Below the pieces are notes generated by a model. It was not told the origin of the DNA. It searched no databases and saw nothing but the letters and a program-made list of their open reading frames with translations. Shown here piece by piece: positions 23,655-34,064 of a stretch of 36,373 nt of DNA; the first letter of the stretch is position 1; each line of letters starts with the position of its first letter. Position numbers and translations under genes: made by a program. Source of the stretch: Chiloscyllium plagiosum (taxonomy: Eukaryota); NCBI RefSeq assembly GCF_004010195.1, contig NC_057755.1, forward strand, positions 3,205,074 to 3,241,446, in the 5' to 3' direction.

Positions 23655-23813
23655 TAATAAAACCTACCTTGCGGGGTCTTGGTCCAGTCAGCTGCCTTCA
23701 AAATGGGGTGAGGGGGCTTCTCCCCACGGTCTTGGACAAACGGGGCGTGGTCAGAGGAGTGAGTAGGTTCGATAACCACCTCCTGCCTCTGAGCCTGCAG
23801 CTTGTAGATCAAC

Positions 23814-24010
23814 GAGGTAAAAACGATGACTGCAGGTGCTGGAAACCAGATTCTGGGATTAGTGGTGCTGGAAGAGCACAGCAGTTCAGGCAGCATCCAA
23901 GGAGCTTCGAAATCGACGTTTCGGGCAAAAGCCCTTCCCCGAAACGTCGATTTAGAAGCTCCTCGGATGCTGCCTGAACTGCTGTGCTCTTCCAGCACCA
24001 CTAATCCAGA
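23814..24010. mobile_element. Fold-back Penelope-like terminal fragment in intron 3
   Basis: Arms ~23852-23925 and 23938-24010 are near-perfect reverse complements. Flanked by agcttgtagatcaa (23799-23812) and agcatgtggatcaa (24011-24024), 12/14 identical, a probable TSD. Confidence 0.85.
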
Positions 24011-24184
24011 AGCATGTGGATCAAGTCCCAGTCCAGCCCCTGCCAGGCCCCGGGACGGTGCATTGATATCAGGGGTTAACTCTCGATGTGGGAGATTCCA
24101 ACGCACGCCAGTGGGAGGCAATGAGAGCCGTGGGGGGGTGGGGGGGGGGGAATTCCTGGTACAATGGAGAGAATATCAGAGTCT

Positions 24185-24293
24185 CAAATTGAACTCTCAT
24201 TCCACAATCTGGGGCCCGTGGCAGGATTCCCCCAAACATGACCCGGGTCTCTGCATTAACAGTCCAGCGATACCGCTAGGAGATCGCCTCCCC
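24185..24293 (-). mobile_element. tRNA-derived SINE head remnant
   Basis: Reverse complement gggaggcgatctcctagcggtatcgctggactgttaatgcagagacccggg..gaatcctgccacgg..gtggaatgagagttcaat, with degenerate A and B boxes. Confidence 0.6.
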
Positions 24294-24414
24294 CCTTGAC
24301 CCAGGAGAAAGAGGGAGTGGACTGGATCTGTCGACTCTCTGGAGCTTAAACAATTGAGAGCTAATCCCATTGCAATGTATAAAACTGTGAATTTTTGACG
24401 GGTTACCTACCGTG

Positions 24415-25110
24415 ATTCATGTCTGTCAGTCTTTCTCTCACTTTTTCTATGTTACTCTTTGTTTTTCTCTCTCTCTCTGTTTCTCCATCTGTCTTTCTCA
24501 CTCACTCTGTGTTTCTCCATCTCTCTCTATGTTCTCTCTCTCGCCTTCTCTCCTTCCAAATCTTTCTCTCTCGCTGTCCATCTTTCTGGTGTTTCCTCCT
24601 TCTTGTCCCTGTCTGTCTGTCTCACTGTTTCTCGCCCTCTGTCTGTCACCCTCTCTCTGTCTCTCTCTCTCTCTCACACACTTTACCTCTCCCTCTTTCT
24701 CCATCTGTTTCTCTCTCCTGATCTCCCTTTCTCCCCAGCCTTATTCTCTTTGGGCTCTTTATTTTTCTCTCTCTGTGACTATCTTCATCTCTCTCTCTCT
24801 CTCCCTCTTTCTTTACCTATCACAGTCTCAGCCTGCATCTCCCTCTCTCTCCGTCTGTGTGTCTTTAATTCTCAGTTTATCTCTCTCTTCATTTTCTGTC
24901 CCATCATCTCTCTTCCCCTTTCTCTCCACCTATCTCTTGCGTCCCTCACTATTTTCTCCACGACTAATGTTTCTATCAGTCCCTGTCTCTCTGTGTCAGG
25001 TTGTCTCTCTGTGTATTTCTCTCCCTCCCTCTCTTTCAGTCCTACTCTCTGTTTCTGTCAGACGCCCTCTCCCTTTCTGTCTGTCTCCCACTATCTCACT
25101 CTATTTTTTT
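24415..25110. repeat. CT-rich low-complexity tract (intron 3)
   Basis: Degenerate (CT)n/(CTGT)n. Explains the S/L-rich ORFs. Confidence 0.92.
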
Positions 25111-25128
25111 CCTACTTTCCCATTACAG

Positions 25129-25266
25129 GGAACCAAAGTCGAAGAGAAATAACCAATGGGTTCCCACCCTACCCAACAGTTCACACCACTTGGACGCAGT
25201 GCCCTGTTCAACCTCTATCAACAGAAACCGCATGGGACGGGACAAGAAGAGGGTGTTCCCCCTCTG
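25129..25266 (+). CDS. SMARCB1: SMARCB1-family coding exon 4 ([46 protein letters not shown])
   Basis: ttcccattacag acceptor; donor CTCTG|GTGAGT; 138 nt; phases 2/2. Confidence 0.97.
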
Positions 25267-25317
25267 GTGAGTTCGGGCAGGTGGATACCCAGACGGCAAG
25301 TAACAGCAACTAGCAAA

Positions 25318-25450
25318 GAGGTGACACTGTCGGAGGGTCAATACTGAGGGTCAGTGCTGAGGGAACGCCGCACTGTGGAAAGGTCAGTGCTGAGGGAACG
25401 CCGCACTGTGGAAAGGTCAGTGCTGAGGGAGTGCCACGCTGTCGGAGGGT
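25318..25450 (-). repeat. 3-4 copies of the 33-bp minisatellite, inverted relative to 17828-18691
   Basis: ggtcagtgctgagggagtgccacgctgtcggagggt is the reverse complement of the upstream unit. Confidence 0.9.
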
Positions 25451-25451
25451 C

Positions 25452-25851
25452 TCTAGTTTAAAGTGAGAAGGGAAAGCTTGAAAATGCACCTAAGGGGCAA
25501 CATTTTCATACAGAGGGTGGAGCGTGTATGGAATGAGCTGCCAGAGGAAGTGGCGGAGGCTGATACAATAGCAGCATTTGAAAGGGTATATGAATAGGAA
25601 GGGTTTCGAGGAATGTGGGCCAAGTGCAAGCAAATGGGACTGGATTATGTTCGGAAAACTGGTTGGCATGGACGAGTTGGACTGAAGGGTCTGTTTCTGT
25701 GCTGTACATCTCTGAGGCCTAAGTGAGGACTGCAGATGCTGGAAATCAGAGTCTAGATTAGAGTGGGGCTGGAAAAGCACAGCAGGTCAGGCAGCATCTG
25801 AGGAGCAGGAAAATTGACATTTTGGACAAAAGCCCATCTCTATGATTCTAT
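25452..25851 (+). mobile_element. CR1 3' end whose tail is interrupted by a PLE fragment
   Basis: aggggcaacattttcatacagagggtgg..tggaatgagctgccagagg..ctgtacatctct|..|catctctatgattcta; inverse of the tail at 3995-4250. Confidence 0.85.
25714..25834 (-). mobile_element. Short Penelope-like terminal fragment, with catctct on both sides (probable TSD)
   Basis: aagtgaggactgcagatgctgg..ggcagcatctgaggagcagga..ttttggacaaaagccc; same family as 23814 and 29489. Confidence 0.75.
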
Positions 25852-26222
25852 GCCCTCTAGTTTTGGTCACCATACACTAGGAGAAAGGCCTTGTCTATTT
25901 ACCCTATCCATGCCCCTCATGATTTTTATGAACCTCTGTATGATCACCCCTCAGCCTCTGATGCCCCCAGAGGCGAATGGTGCTGAACATTGTGCAATTG
26001 TCAGTGAAAATCCTCACTTCTGACTTTATGGCAAAGCAGCTGAAGATGTCTGGGGCACGGATTCTATCCTGAGGAACTCCTGCAGAGGTTTCCTGAAGCT
26101 GAGATGACTGACCTCCAACAACCACAATCATCTTCTGCTATGTAGTGTATGACTGCAACTGTGAGATTTTGACCCCCTGACCCCACAGTTTGACTTGGGC
26201 TCCTTGATGCCACATTCAGACA
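25852..26222 (-). mobile_element. CR1-type LINE RT fragments
   Basis: Minus ORF SAGVPQDRIRAPDIFSCF..VRIFTDNCTMFSTI (degenerate GVPQGSVLGP..FADD) fused to QRLRGD. Confidence 0.65.
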
Positions 26223-26224
26223 AG

Positions 26225-26845
26225 AACAGTCTCTTCCTCCTCCTCCTCTCTCTGTCTCTCGTGTCTGTCTCCTCTCCCTACCCTTTCTCCCTGTCTCATT
26301 TCCTCTCTCTCTCTTCCTCTCTGTATGCTCCTCGCTCTTTCCCCATCTATTCCTGTCTCTCCCCATTTTTCTCTGTCTTCCTCCTTCTGCCTCTCTCCAT
26401 CNNNNNNNNNNNNNNNNNNNNNNNNNNNNNNNNNNNNNNNNNNNNNNNNNNNNNNNNNNNNNNNNNNNNNNNNNNNNNNNNNNNNNNNNNNNNNNNNNNN
26501 NNNNNNNNNNNNNNNNNNNNNNNNNNNNNNNNNNNNNNNNNNNNNNNNNNNNNNNNNNNNNNNNNNNNNNNNNNGTCTCTCTGTCTCTTTCTCCCATCTC
26601 TCTCCCGCTCTTTCTCTCTGTCTTTCACCTTCTGTCTCTCTTGCGTTCTCACGCTCTCTCCCTCTTCTCTCTCTCTATTCTCACCCCCTTTCTCTCTGTT
26701 TCTTGCCTTCTCTATGTACCTCAAACCCTCCCTTCCCTCTCTTGATGTCTTCCATCTCCCACCTTCTCTGTCTCCCCTCTATTTCCACACATCAGTCTCT
26801 CTGTTGGACTCTGTCTCTTATTCTCTCTTTGTCAACTCCGTTTCT
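26225..26845. repeat. CT-rich low-complexity tract containing an assembly gap (N 26402-26574)
   Basis: Direct reading. Confidence 0.92.
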
Positions 26846-26849
26846 GCAG

Positions 26850-26977
26850 TTTTGATGACCACGATCCTGCGGTTATCCATGAGAACGCCGCCCAGCCTGA
26901 GCTCCTGGTGCCGATCCGGTTGGACATGGAGATCGATGGGCAGAAGCTGCGGGACACCTTCACCTGGAACATGAATG
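26850..26977 (+). CDS. SMARCB1: SMARCB1-family coding exon 5 ([42 protein letters not shown]), start of SNF5 repeat 1
   Basis: tttctgcag acceptor; donor AATG|GTAATG; 128 nt; phases 2/1. Contains the hallmark [17 protein letters not shown]. Confidence 0.97.
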
Positions 26978-27934
26978 GTAATGGGACTACAGTCCCAGCT
27001 CTGTCTGGGCCAGCACAGGGTGGGACAGGCCTTCCCAGCAACATTCACATATAACTGCCCCACTGCTGACTGTGACTCCGGGGAACTGGGGGGCAGTGAG
27101 CAAGCACTGGCAGCAGATTAAGGACTGATCGACAAATTCAGGGGATTCAAGGAGCAAATCAAAAGCATCCCTGCATGATTTGAGGCAGGTCATGCAGTAG
27201 ACAGCTTCAAAAGGGACAACAGAACACAACAAACATGCACCCTGGATTATTAACCCAGTAACATTACCCGACGCTATTGTACCCTAGATTATTAACCCAA
27301 TAACACAACCCTACACGGCTGTATCCTGCATTATTAACCCAGTAATATAACCCTACACTGCTGCACCCTGGATTATTAATGCAATAACATAACCCAACAC
27401 TACGGTACCCTGGCTTATTGACCCAGTAACATAACCCTACACTGCTACACCTCTGATTATTAACCTAGTAACATAATCCTACACTACTGTACCCTGGGCT
27501 ATTAAACCATCAACATAACCCTGAAACTGCTGTACCCGGGATTATTAACCGAGCAACATAACCAGACATTGCTTTATCCTGGATGATTAACCCAGTTACA
27601 TAACCCTACACTGCTGTACATAGGATTATTAACCCCGTAATATAACCCTACACTGCTGTACCCTGGATTATCAACACAATAACATCACACCACACTACTG
27701 TACCCCGGATTGTTAAACCAATACCATAACCCTACACTTCCGCACCCTGGATTATTAACCTAGGGACATAACCCTACACTGCTGTACCCTGAATTATTAA
27801 TGCAGTAGCATAACCCTACACTTCTGTACCCTGGATTATTAATACAATAACGCAACCCTGAACTGCTGCAACCTGGATTATTAACCCAGTAACATAATGC
27901 TACACGACTGTACCCTGATTTATTAACCCAGAAA

Positions 27935-28273
27935 CGGTGGCACGGTGGCACAGTGGTTAGCACTGCTGCCTCGCAGCGCCAGAGACCCGGGTTCAATTCC
28001 CGCCTCAGGCGACTGACTGTGTGGAGTTTGCACGTTCTCACCGTGTCTGCGTGGGTTTCCTCCGGGTGCTCCGGTTTCCTCCCACAATCCAAAGATGTGC
28101 AGGTCAGGTGAATTGGCCATGCTAAATTGCCCGTAGTGTTAGGTAATGGGTAAAATGTAGGGGTATGGGTGGATTGCGCTTCGGCGGGTCGGTGTGGACT
28201 TGTTGGGCCGAAGGGCCTGTTTCCACACTGTAATGTAATCTAATCTAATCTAATGTAATGTAATCTAATCTAA
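27935..28273 (+). mobile_element. Full-length HE1-type SINE inserted in the satellite
   Basis: A box TGGCACAGTGG at 27946-27956, B box GGTTCAATTCC at 27990-28000, V-SINE-like core gtgtggagtttgcacgttctc, and (TCTAA/TGTAA)n tail. Confidence 0.93.
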
Positions 28274-28610
28274 ACATAATCCCCTGCAGTGCTGTATCCT
28301 GGATTGTTAGCGCAGTTACACAACCCTATATCAAGGTAATATAATGCTACACTACTGTGCCCTGGATTATTAACCCACCAACATAACCCTACACTACTGC
28401 ACCCTGGATTATTAACCCACCAACATAATCCTACACTACTGCACCCTGGATTATAAACCCAGTAACGTAACCTTATACTACTGTACCCTGGATTATAAAC
28501 TTAGTAAAATAACTTTACACTGCTGCACCACGGATTATTAACATGGTAACATAACCCGACACTGTTGTGCCCTGGATAATTAGCCCAGTAACATAACGCT
28601 ATACAGTTGT

Positions 28611-28706
28611 AGTTGAAAAATGTGGTGCTGGAAAAACACAGCAGGCCAGGCAGCATCCGAGGAGCAGGAGAATCGACATTTCGGGCATAAGCCCTTCTTC
28701 AGGAAT
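28611..28706 (-). mobile_element. Short Penelope-like terminal fragment in the satellite
   Basis: Same family as 1-269. Flanked by cgctatacagttgt and cgctatatgattgt (possible degenerate TSD). Confidence 0.8.
28675..28702 (-). ncRNA. Minimal hammerhead-ribozyme-like core (GAAAUGUC variant)
   Basis: Minus strand CTGAAGA-A-GGGC-TTAT-GCCC-GAAATGTC. Confidence 0.45.
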
Positions 28707-29488
28707 CGCTATATGATTGTACCCTGGGTTATTAACCAAGTAACATAATCCTACAGTGCTGTACCCTGGATTATTAATGCAGTAATATAATCCTACACTG
28801 CTGCATGTCGGATTATTAGCCCAGTAATATTTCGCTACATGACTGTATCCTGGATTATTAACCCAGTAACATAATCCTACAGTACAGTACCTGGATCATT
28901 AACTCAGTAACATAACCCTGTACTGCTGTACCCTGGATTATTAACCCAGTAACATAACCCAAAACTACGGTACCCTGGATTATTGACCCAGTAATATAAC
29001 CCTGCACTGCTGTTCCTTGGATTATTAACCCAGTAACATAACCCGACACTATTGTACCCTGGATTATTAACCCAATAACACAACTTTACACAGCTGTACC
29101 CTGGATTATTAGCCAATCATATAACCCCACATTGCTGTACTCTAGATTACTAACCTAGTAACATACCCCTACACTGCTGCATCCTGTATTATTAACCCAG
29201 TAACATCACCCGACAGTACAGTACCCTGGAGTATTAACCCAATAACATAGCCCTACACTACTGTATCCTGGACTATTAAGATCGTATTATAACCCTGCAC
29301 CACTGTACCCTGGACTATTCACCCAGTGACATTACCCTACAGTACTGTACCCTGGACTATTGACCCCCGAACATAACCCTACACTATTGTACTGTGGATT
29401 ATTAACACAGAAACATAGCTCTACGCTACTGTACTCTGGATTATTAACCCAGTAACATAACCCTACATGGCTGTACCCTGGATCATTA

Positions 29489-29688
29489 AGAAGAAAGTGA
29501 GGTCTGCAGATGCTGGAGATCAGAGCTGGAAATGTGTTGCTGGAAAAGCGCAGCAGGTCAGGCAGCATCCAGGGAACAGGAGAATCGATGTTTCGGGCAT
29601 AAGCCCTAGTTTATGCCCGAAACGTCGATTCTCCTGTTCCCTGGATGCTGCCTGACCTGCTGCGCTTTTCCAGCAACACATTTCCAGC
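29489..29688. mobile_element. Fold-back Penelope-like terminal fragment in the satellite with 13-bp TSD
   Basis: Arms 29525-29602 and 29611-29688 are reverse complements with about one mismatch. The rare satellite variant ccctggatcatta is duplicated at 29476-29488 and 29688-29700. Confidence 0.9.
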
Positions 29689-32600
29689 CCTGGATCATTA
29701 GCCCAGTAACATAATGCTACACGACTGTATCCTGGATTATTAACCCAGTAACATAACCCCACACTGCTGCACCCTGGATTATTAACCCAGTGACATAATC
29801 CTACACTTCTGTACCCTGGATTATTAACCCAGTAACATAACCCTACTCTGCTGAACCCTGGATTATTAACTCAGTAACACAACCCAACACCATTGTACCC
29901 TGGATTATTAACCCACTAACATAACCTACACACTGTACCCTGGATTATTAATCCAATAACATAACTTTACACAGCTGAACCGTGGACTATTAACCTAATA
30001 ACATAACCCCACATTGCCGTACCCGAGATTATTAACCCATTAACATAGCCCAACTCTGCTGCATCCTGTATTATTAACCCAGTAACATAACCCAACACTA
30101 CGGTACACTAGATTATTGACCCAGTAACATAACCCTGCACTGCTACACCCGGGATTATTAACCCAATAACATAACCCCACACTGCTGTCCCCTGGGTTAT
30201 TAACCCAGTAACACACCCCTACACTGCTGCATCCTGTATTACTAACCTAGTAACATAACCCACCATTATGGTACCCTGGATTATTGACCCAGTAACATAA
30301 CCCTACACTGCTGTACCCTGGATTATTAACCCAGTAACAATACCCTACAAGATGTAACCTGGATTGTAGCTCGACACATTGTACCCTGGAGTATTAACCC
30401 AGTAACAACTCTATGTGGCTAGACCGTGGATTAATAACCCAGTTATTTAGCCCTACACATTGTACCCTGGATCATTAACCCAGTAACATAATCCTACACT
30501 ACTGCACCCTGGATTATTATTTCAGTAAAATCGTCCAACACATTGTACCCTGGATTATTAACCCAGTAACATAACGCTACATGACTGTACCCTGGATTAT
30601 TAACCCAGTAACATAATCCGATAGTACCATACCTGGATTATTGACCCAGTAACATAACCCTGCACTGCTGTACCCCGGATTTTTAACCCAGTAACATAAC
30701 CCAACACTACGGTACCCTGGACTATTGATCCAGTATCATAACCCAACACTATTATACCCTGGATTATTAACCCAGTAACAATACTCTACACGCTGTATCC
30801 TGGATTATTAACCCAAAAACATAACCCCACACTGCTGTACCCTCGACTTTTAACACAGGAACATACCCCTACACTGCTGCATCCTGTATTAATAACCCAG
30901 TAACAAAACCAAACACTACGGTACCCTGGATTATTGACTCAGTAACATATCCCTACACTGCTGCACCCCAGATTATTAACCTAGCAACATAATCCTACCG
31001 TACTGTACACTGGAGTATTAACATAGTAAAATAACACTACACTACTATACCCTAGATTATTAACACAGTAACATAACCCTACACTGCTGCACCCCAGATT
31101 ATTAACCCAGTAACATAATCCTACATGACTGTACCCTGGATTATTAACCAAGTAACATAACGCTATATTACTGAACCCTGGATTATTGACCAAGTAATAT
31201 AACCTACACTATTGTACCCTGGATTATTAACCCAGTAACATAGCCCTACACTACTGTACCCTGGATTATTAACACAGTAACATAACACTACACTATTGTA
31301 TCCTGGTATATTAACCCAGTAACACAGCCCTACATGGCTGCAACCTGCATTATTAACCCAGTAAGATAACGCGACAGTACGGTACCCTGGGATATTAAAC
31401 CAGCAACATAATCCTGAAACTGCTGTACCCGGGATTATTAGCCCAGCAACATAATCCTACATTGCTGTATCCTGGATTATTAACCCAGTCACATAACCCT
31501 ACACTACTGTACCCAGGATTATTAACCCAGTAATATAACCATACACTACTGTACCCTGGATTATTAACACAGTAACATAGCCCTACACATTGTACTCTGG
31601 ATTAATAACCCAATAACATAACCCTACACGGCTGTACCCTGGATTATTAGCCCAGTAACATAACGCTACACAACTGTATCCTGGATTATTAACCCAGTAA
31701 CAATACCCAAAACGCTGTATCCTGGATTATTAACCAGTAACATAACCCAACACTATGGTACCCTGGAGTATTAACCCAGTAACATCACCCTACACTACTG
31801 CATCCTGTATAATTAACCCAGTAACACAACCCAACACTACGGTACCCTGGATTATTGACCCAGTGACATAACCCTACACTGCTGTCCCCTGGATTATTAA
31901 CCCAGTAACATATCCCTACACTGCTGCACCCTGGATTATTAACGCAGTAACATATCCCTACACTGCTGCACCCTGAATTATTAACGCAGTAACATAACCC
32001 TACACTGCTGTACCCTGGATTATTGACCCAGTGACATAACCCTACAAGGCTGCAGCCTGGATTATTAACCCAATAACATAACCCCACTCTGCTGTACCCT
32101 ATATTATTAACCCAGTAACATACCCCTACACGGCTGCTTCCTGTATTATTAACCTAGTAACATAACCCAACACTACGGTACCCTGGATTATTGACTCAGT
32201 AACAGAACCCTACACTGCTTTAACCTGGATTATTAACCCAGTAACATAACTGTACACAGCTGTACCCTGGATTATTAACCCAGTAACATAACCCCACACT
32301 GCTGCACCCTGGTTTATTAACCCAGTAATATAACCCTACACTGCTGTACCCTGTATTATTAATCCAGTAACATACCACAATACTACGGTACCCAGGATTA
32401 CTGATCCGACACTGCTGCACCCTGGATTATTAACGTAGTGACATAATCCTACACTACTGTACCCTGGAATATTAACGCAGTAACACAACCCCTATACGGC
32501 TGCAACCTGGATTATTAACCCAGTAATATAACTCTACACGACTGTACCCTGGATTATTAGCCTAGTAACATAACGCTACATGACTGTACCCTGGATTATT

Positions 32601-33118
32601 AGCCCTGTAACATAATCCAACAGTATCATACCTGGATTATTGACCCAGTAACATAACCCTGCACTGCTGTACCCTGGATTTTTAACCCAGTAACATAACC
32701 CAACACTATTATACCCTGGATTATTAACCCAGTAACAATACTCTACACGCTGTATCCTGGATTATTAACACAGTAATATAACCAGACACTATTGTATCCT
32801 GGCGCATTAACCCAGTAACACAACCTACACACTGTACCCTGGATTATTAACCCAAAAACATAACCCCACACTGCTGTACCCTCGACTTTTAACGCAGGAA
32901 CATACCCCTACACTGCTGCATCCTGTATTAATAACCCAGTAACAAAACCAAACACTACGGTACCCTGGATTATTGACTCAGTAACATATCCCTACACTGC
33001 TGCACCCCAGATTATTAACCTAGCAACATAATCCTACCGTACTGTACACTGGAGTATTAACATAGTAAAATAACACTATAGTACTGTACACTGGATTATT
33101 AACTCAGTAACATAACCC

Positions 33119-33618
33119 NNNNNNNNNNNNNNNNNNNNNNNNNNNNNNNNNNNNNNNNNNNNNNNNNNNNNNNNNNNNNNNNNNNNNNNNNNNNNNNNNN
33201 NNNNNNNNNNNNNNNNNNNNNNNNNNNNNNNNNNNNNNNNNNNNNNNNNNNNNNNNNNNNNNNNNNNNNNNNNNNNNNNNNNNNNNNNNNNNNNNNNNNN
33301 NNNNNNNNNNNNNNNNNNNNNNNNNNNNNNNNNNNNNNNNNNNNNNNNNNNNNNNNNNNNNNNNNNNNNNNNNNNNNNNNNNNNNNNNNNNNNNNNNNNN
33401 NNNNNNNNNNNNNNNNNNNNNNNNNNNNNNNNNNNNNNNNNNNNNNNNNNNNNNNNNNNNNNNNNNNNNNNNNNNNNNNNNNNNNNNNNNNNNNNNNNNN
33501 NNNNNNNNNNNNNNNNNNNNNNNNNNNNNNNNNNNNNNNNNNNNNNNNNNNNNNNNNNNNNNNNNNNNNNNNNNNNNNNNNNNNNNNNNNNNNNNNNNNN
33601 NNNNNNNNNNNNNNNNNN
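33119..33618. other. Assembly gap (500 N)
   Basis: Run of N. Confidence 1.
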
Positions 33619-34064
33619 GGACCTGGAAAAAGGGCAGAGGAAGAGAGAAGGGAGTTGAATGGGCAGAGACGAGAAGGATGTAAGTGTGTAAGTGATGAGA
33701 GAGAGGTGAAGTGTAAGGGTAAAGATCGATGAAAAATAATCGGTATGAACTAAATCGGTGTGACTGACATGGGTCGGTCTTTTCATGATACCCCCTGACA
33801 TGCTTTCTCGGTTTCTGTTTCAGGATTTCCATAGGCACAATTTGTGCTCCTCATTTACAGTGTTCTTGTTGCATCTTTCTCTCTTTTGCCTCTTTTATCT
33901 GCCAGCTTTTCCATTCCCTCCTCTATCTTTCCTGTTTATCCAAACAAAGGTCTGACTTTGACTATACTTCTAATCTTCCCAGCCGTTGGTGTGTGTCTCT
34001 GTCCTGCTGCATGGAATGTCTTCCAGTTTTCATGTGATTAATTCCTTCTGAGGAGAAGACTAAG

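Larger units (their letters stand above)
27236..33118. repeat. 42-bp satellite in intron 5 (~125 copies, runs into the gap)
   Basis: Consensus ccctggattattaacccagtaacataaccctacactgctgta. Gives 14-aa periodic minus ORFs (GLCYWVNNPGYSSV). Interrupted by three retroelement insertions. Confidence 0.97.

Noticed and set aside
24412..25313. Long S/L-rich hydrophobic ORFs (also 26195-26974)
   Set aside because: Translations of CT-rich low-complexity DNA and N gaps. Only the SMARCB1 exon portions are real.
26987..27232. Possible exon 6 or antisense 81-aa ORF
   Set aside because: No match to SMARCB1 exon 6 that I could find and no recognisable domain.
27935..28010. tRNA gene (A and B boxes; also 20430-20506)
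   Set aside because: These are the tRNA-derived heads of HE1 SINEs and continue into SINE body and tail.
27236..33118. Cys-rich GLCYWVNNPGYSSV ORFs and a CRISPR-like periodic look
   Set aside because: Tandem 42-bp satellite with no unique spacers, no cas genes and a vertebrate context.
33619..34060. Acceptor-like ttctgtttcag at ~33823 and ORFs crossing the gap
   Set aside because: Downstream sequence does not encode SMARCB1 residues, and ORF lengths are inflated by Ns.
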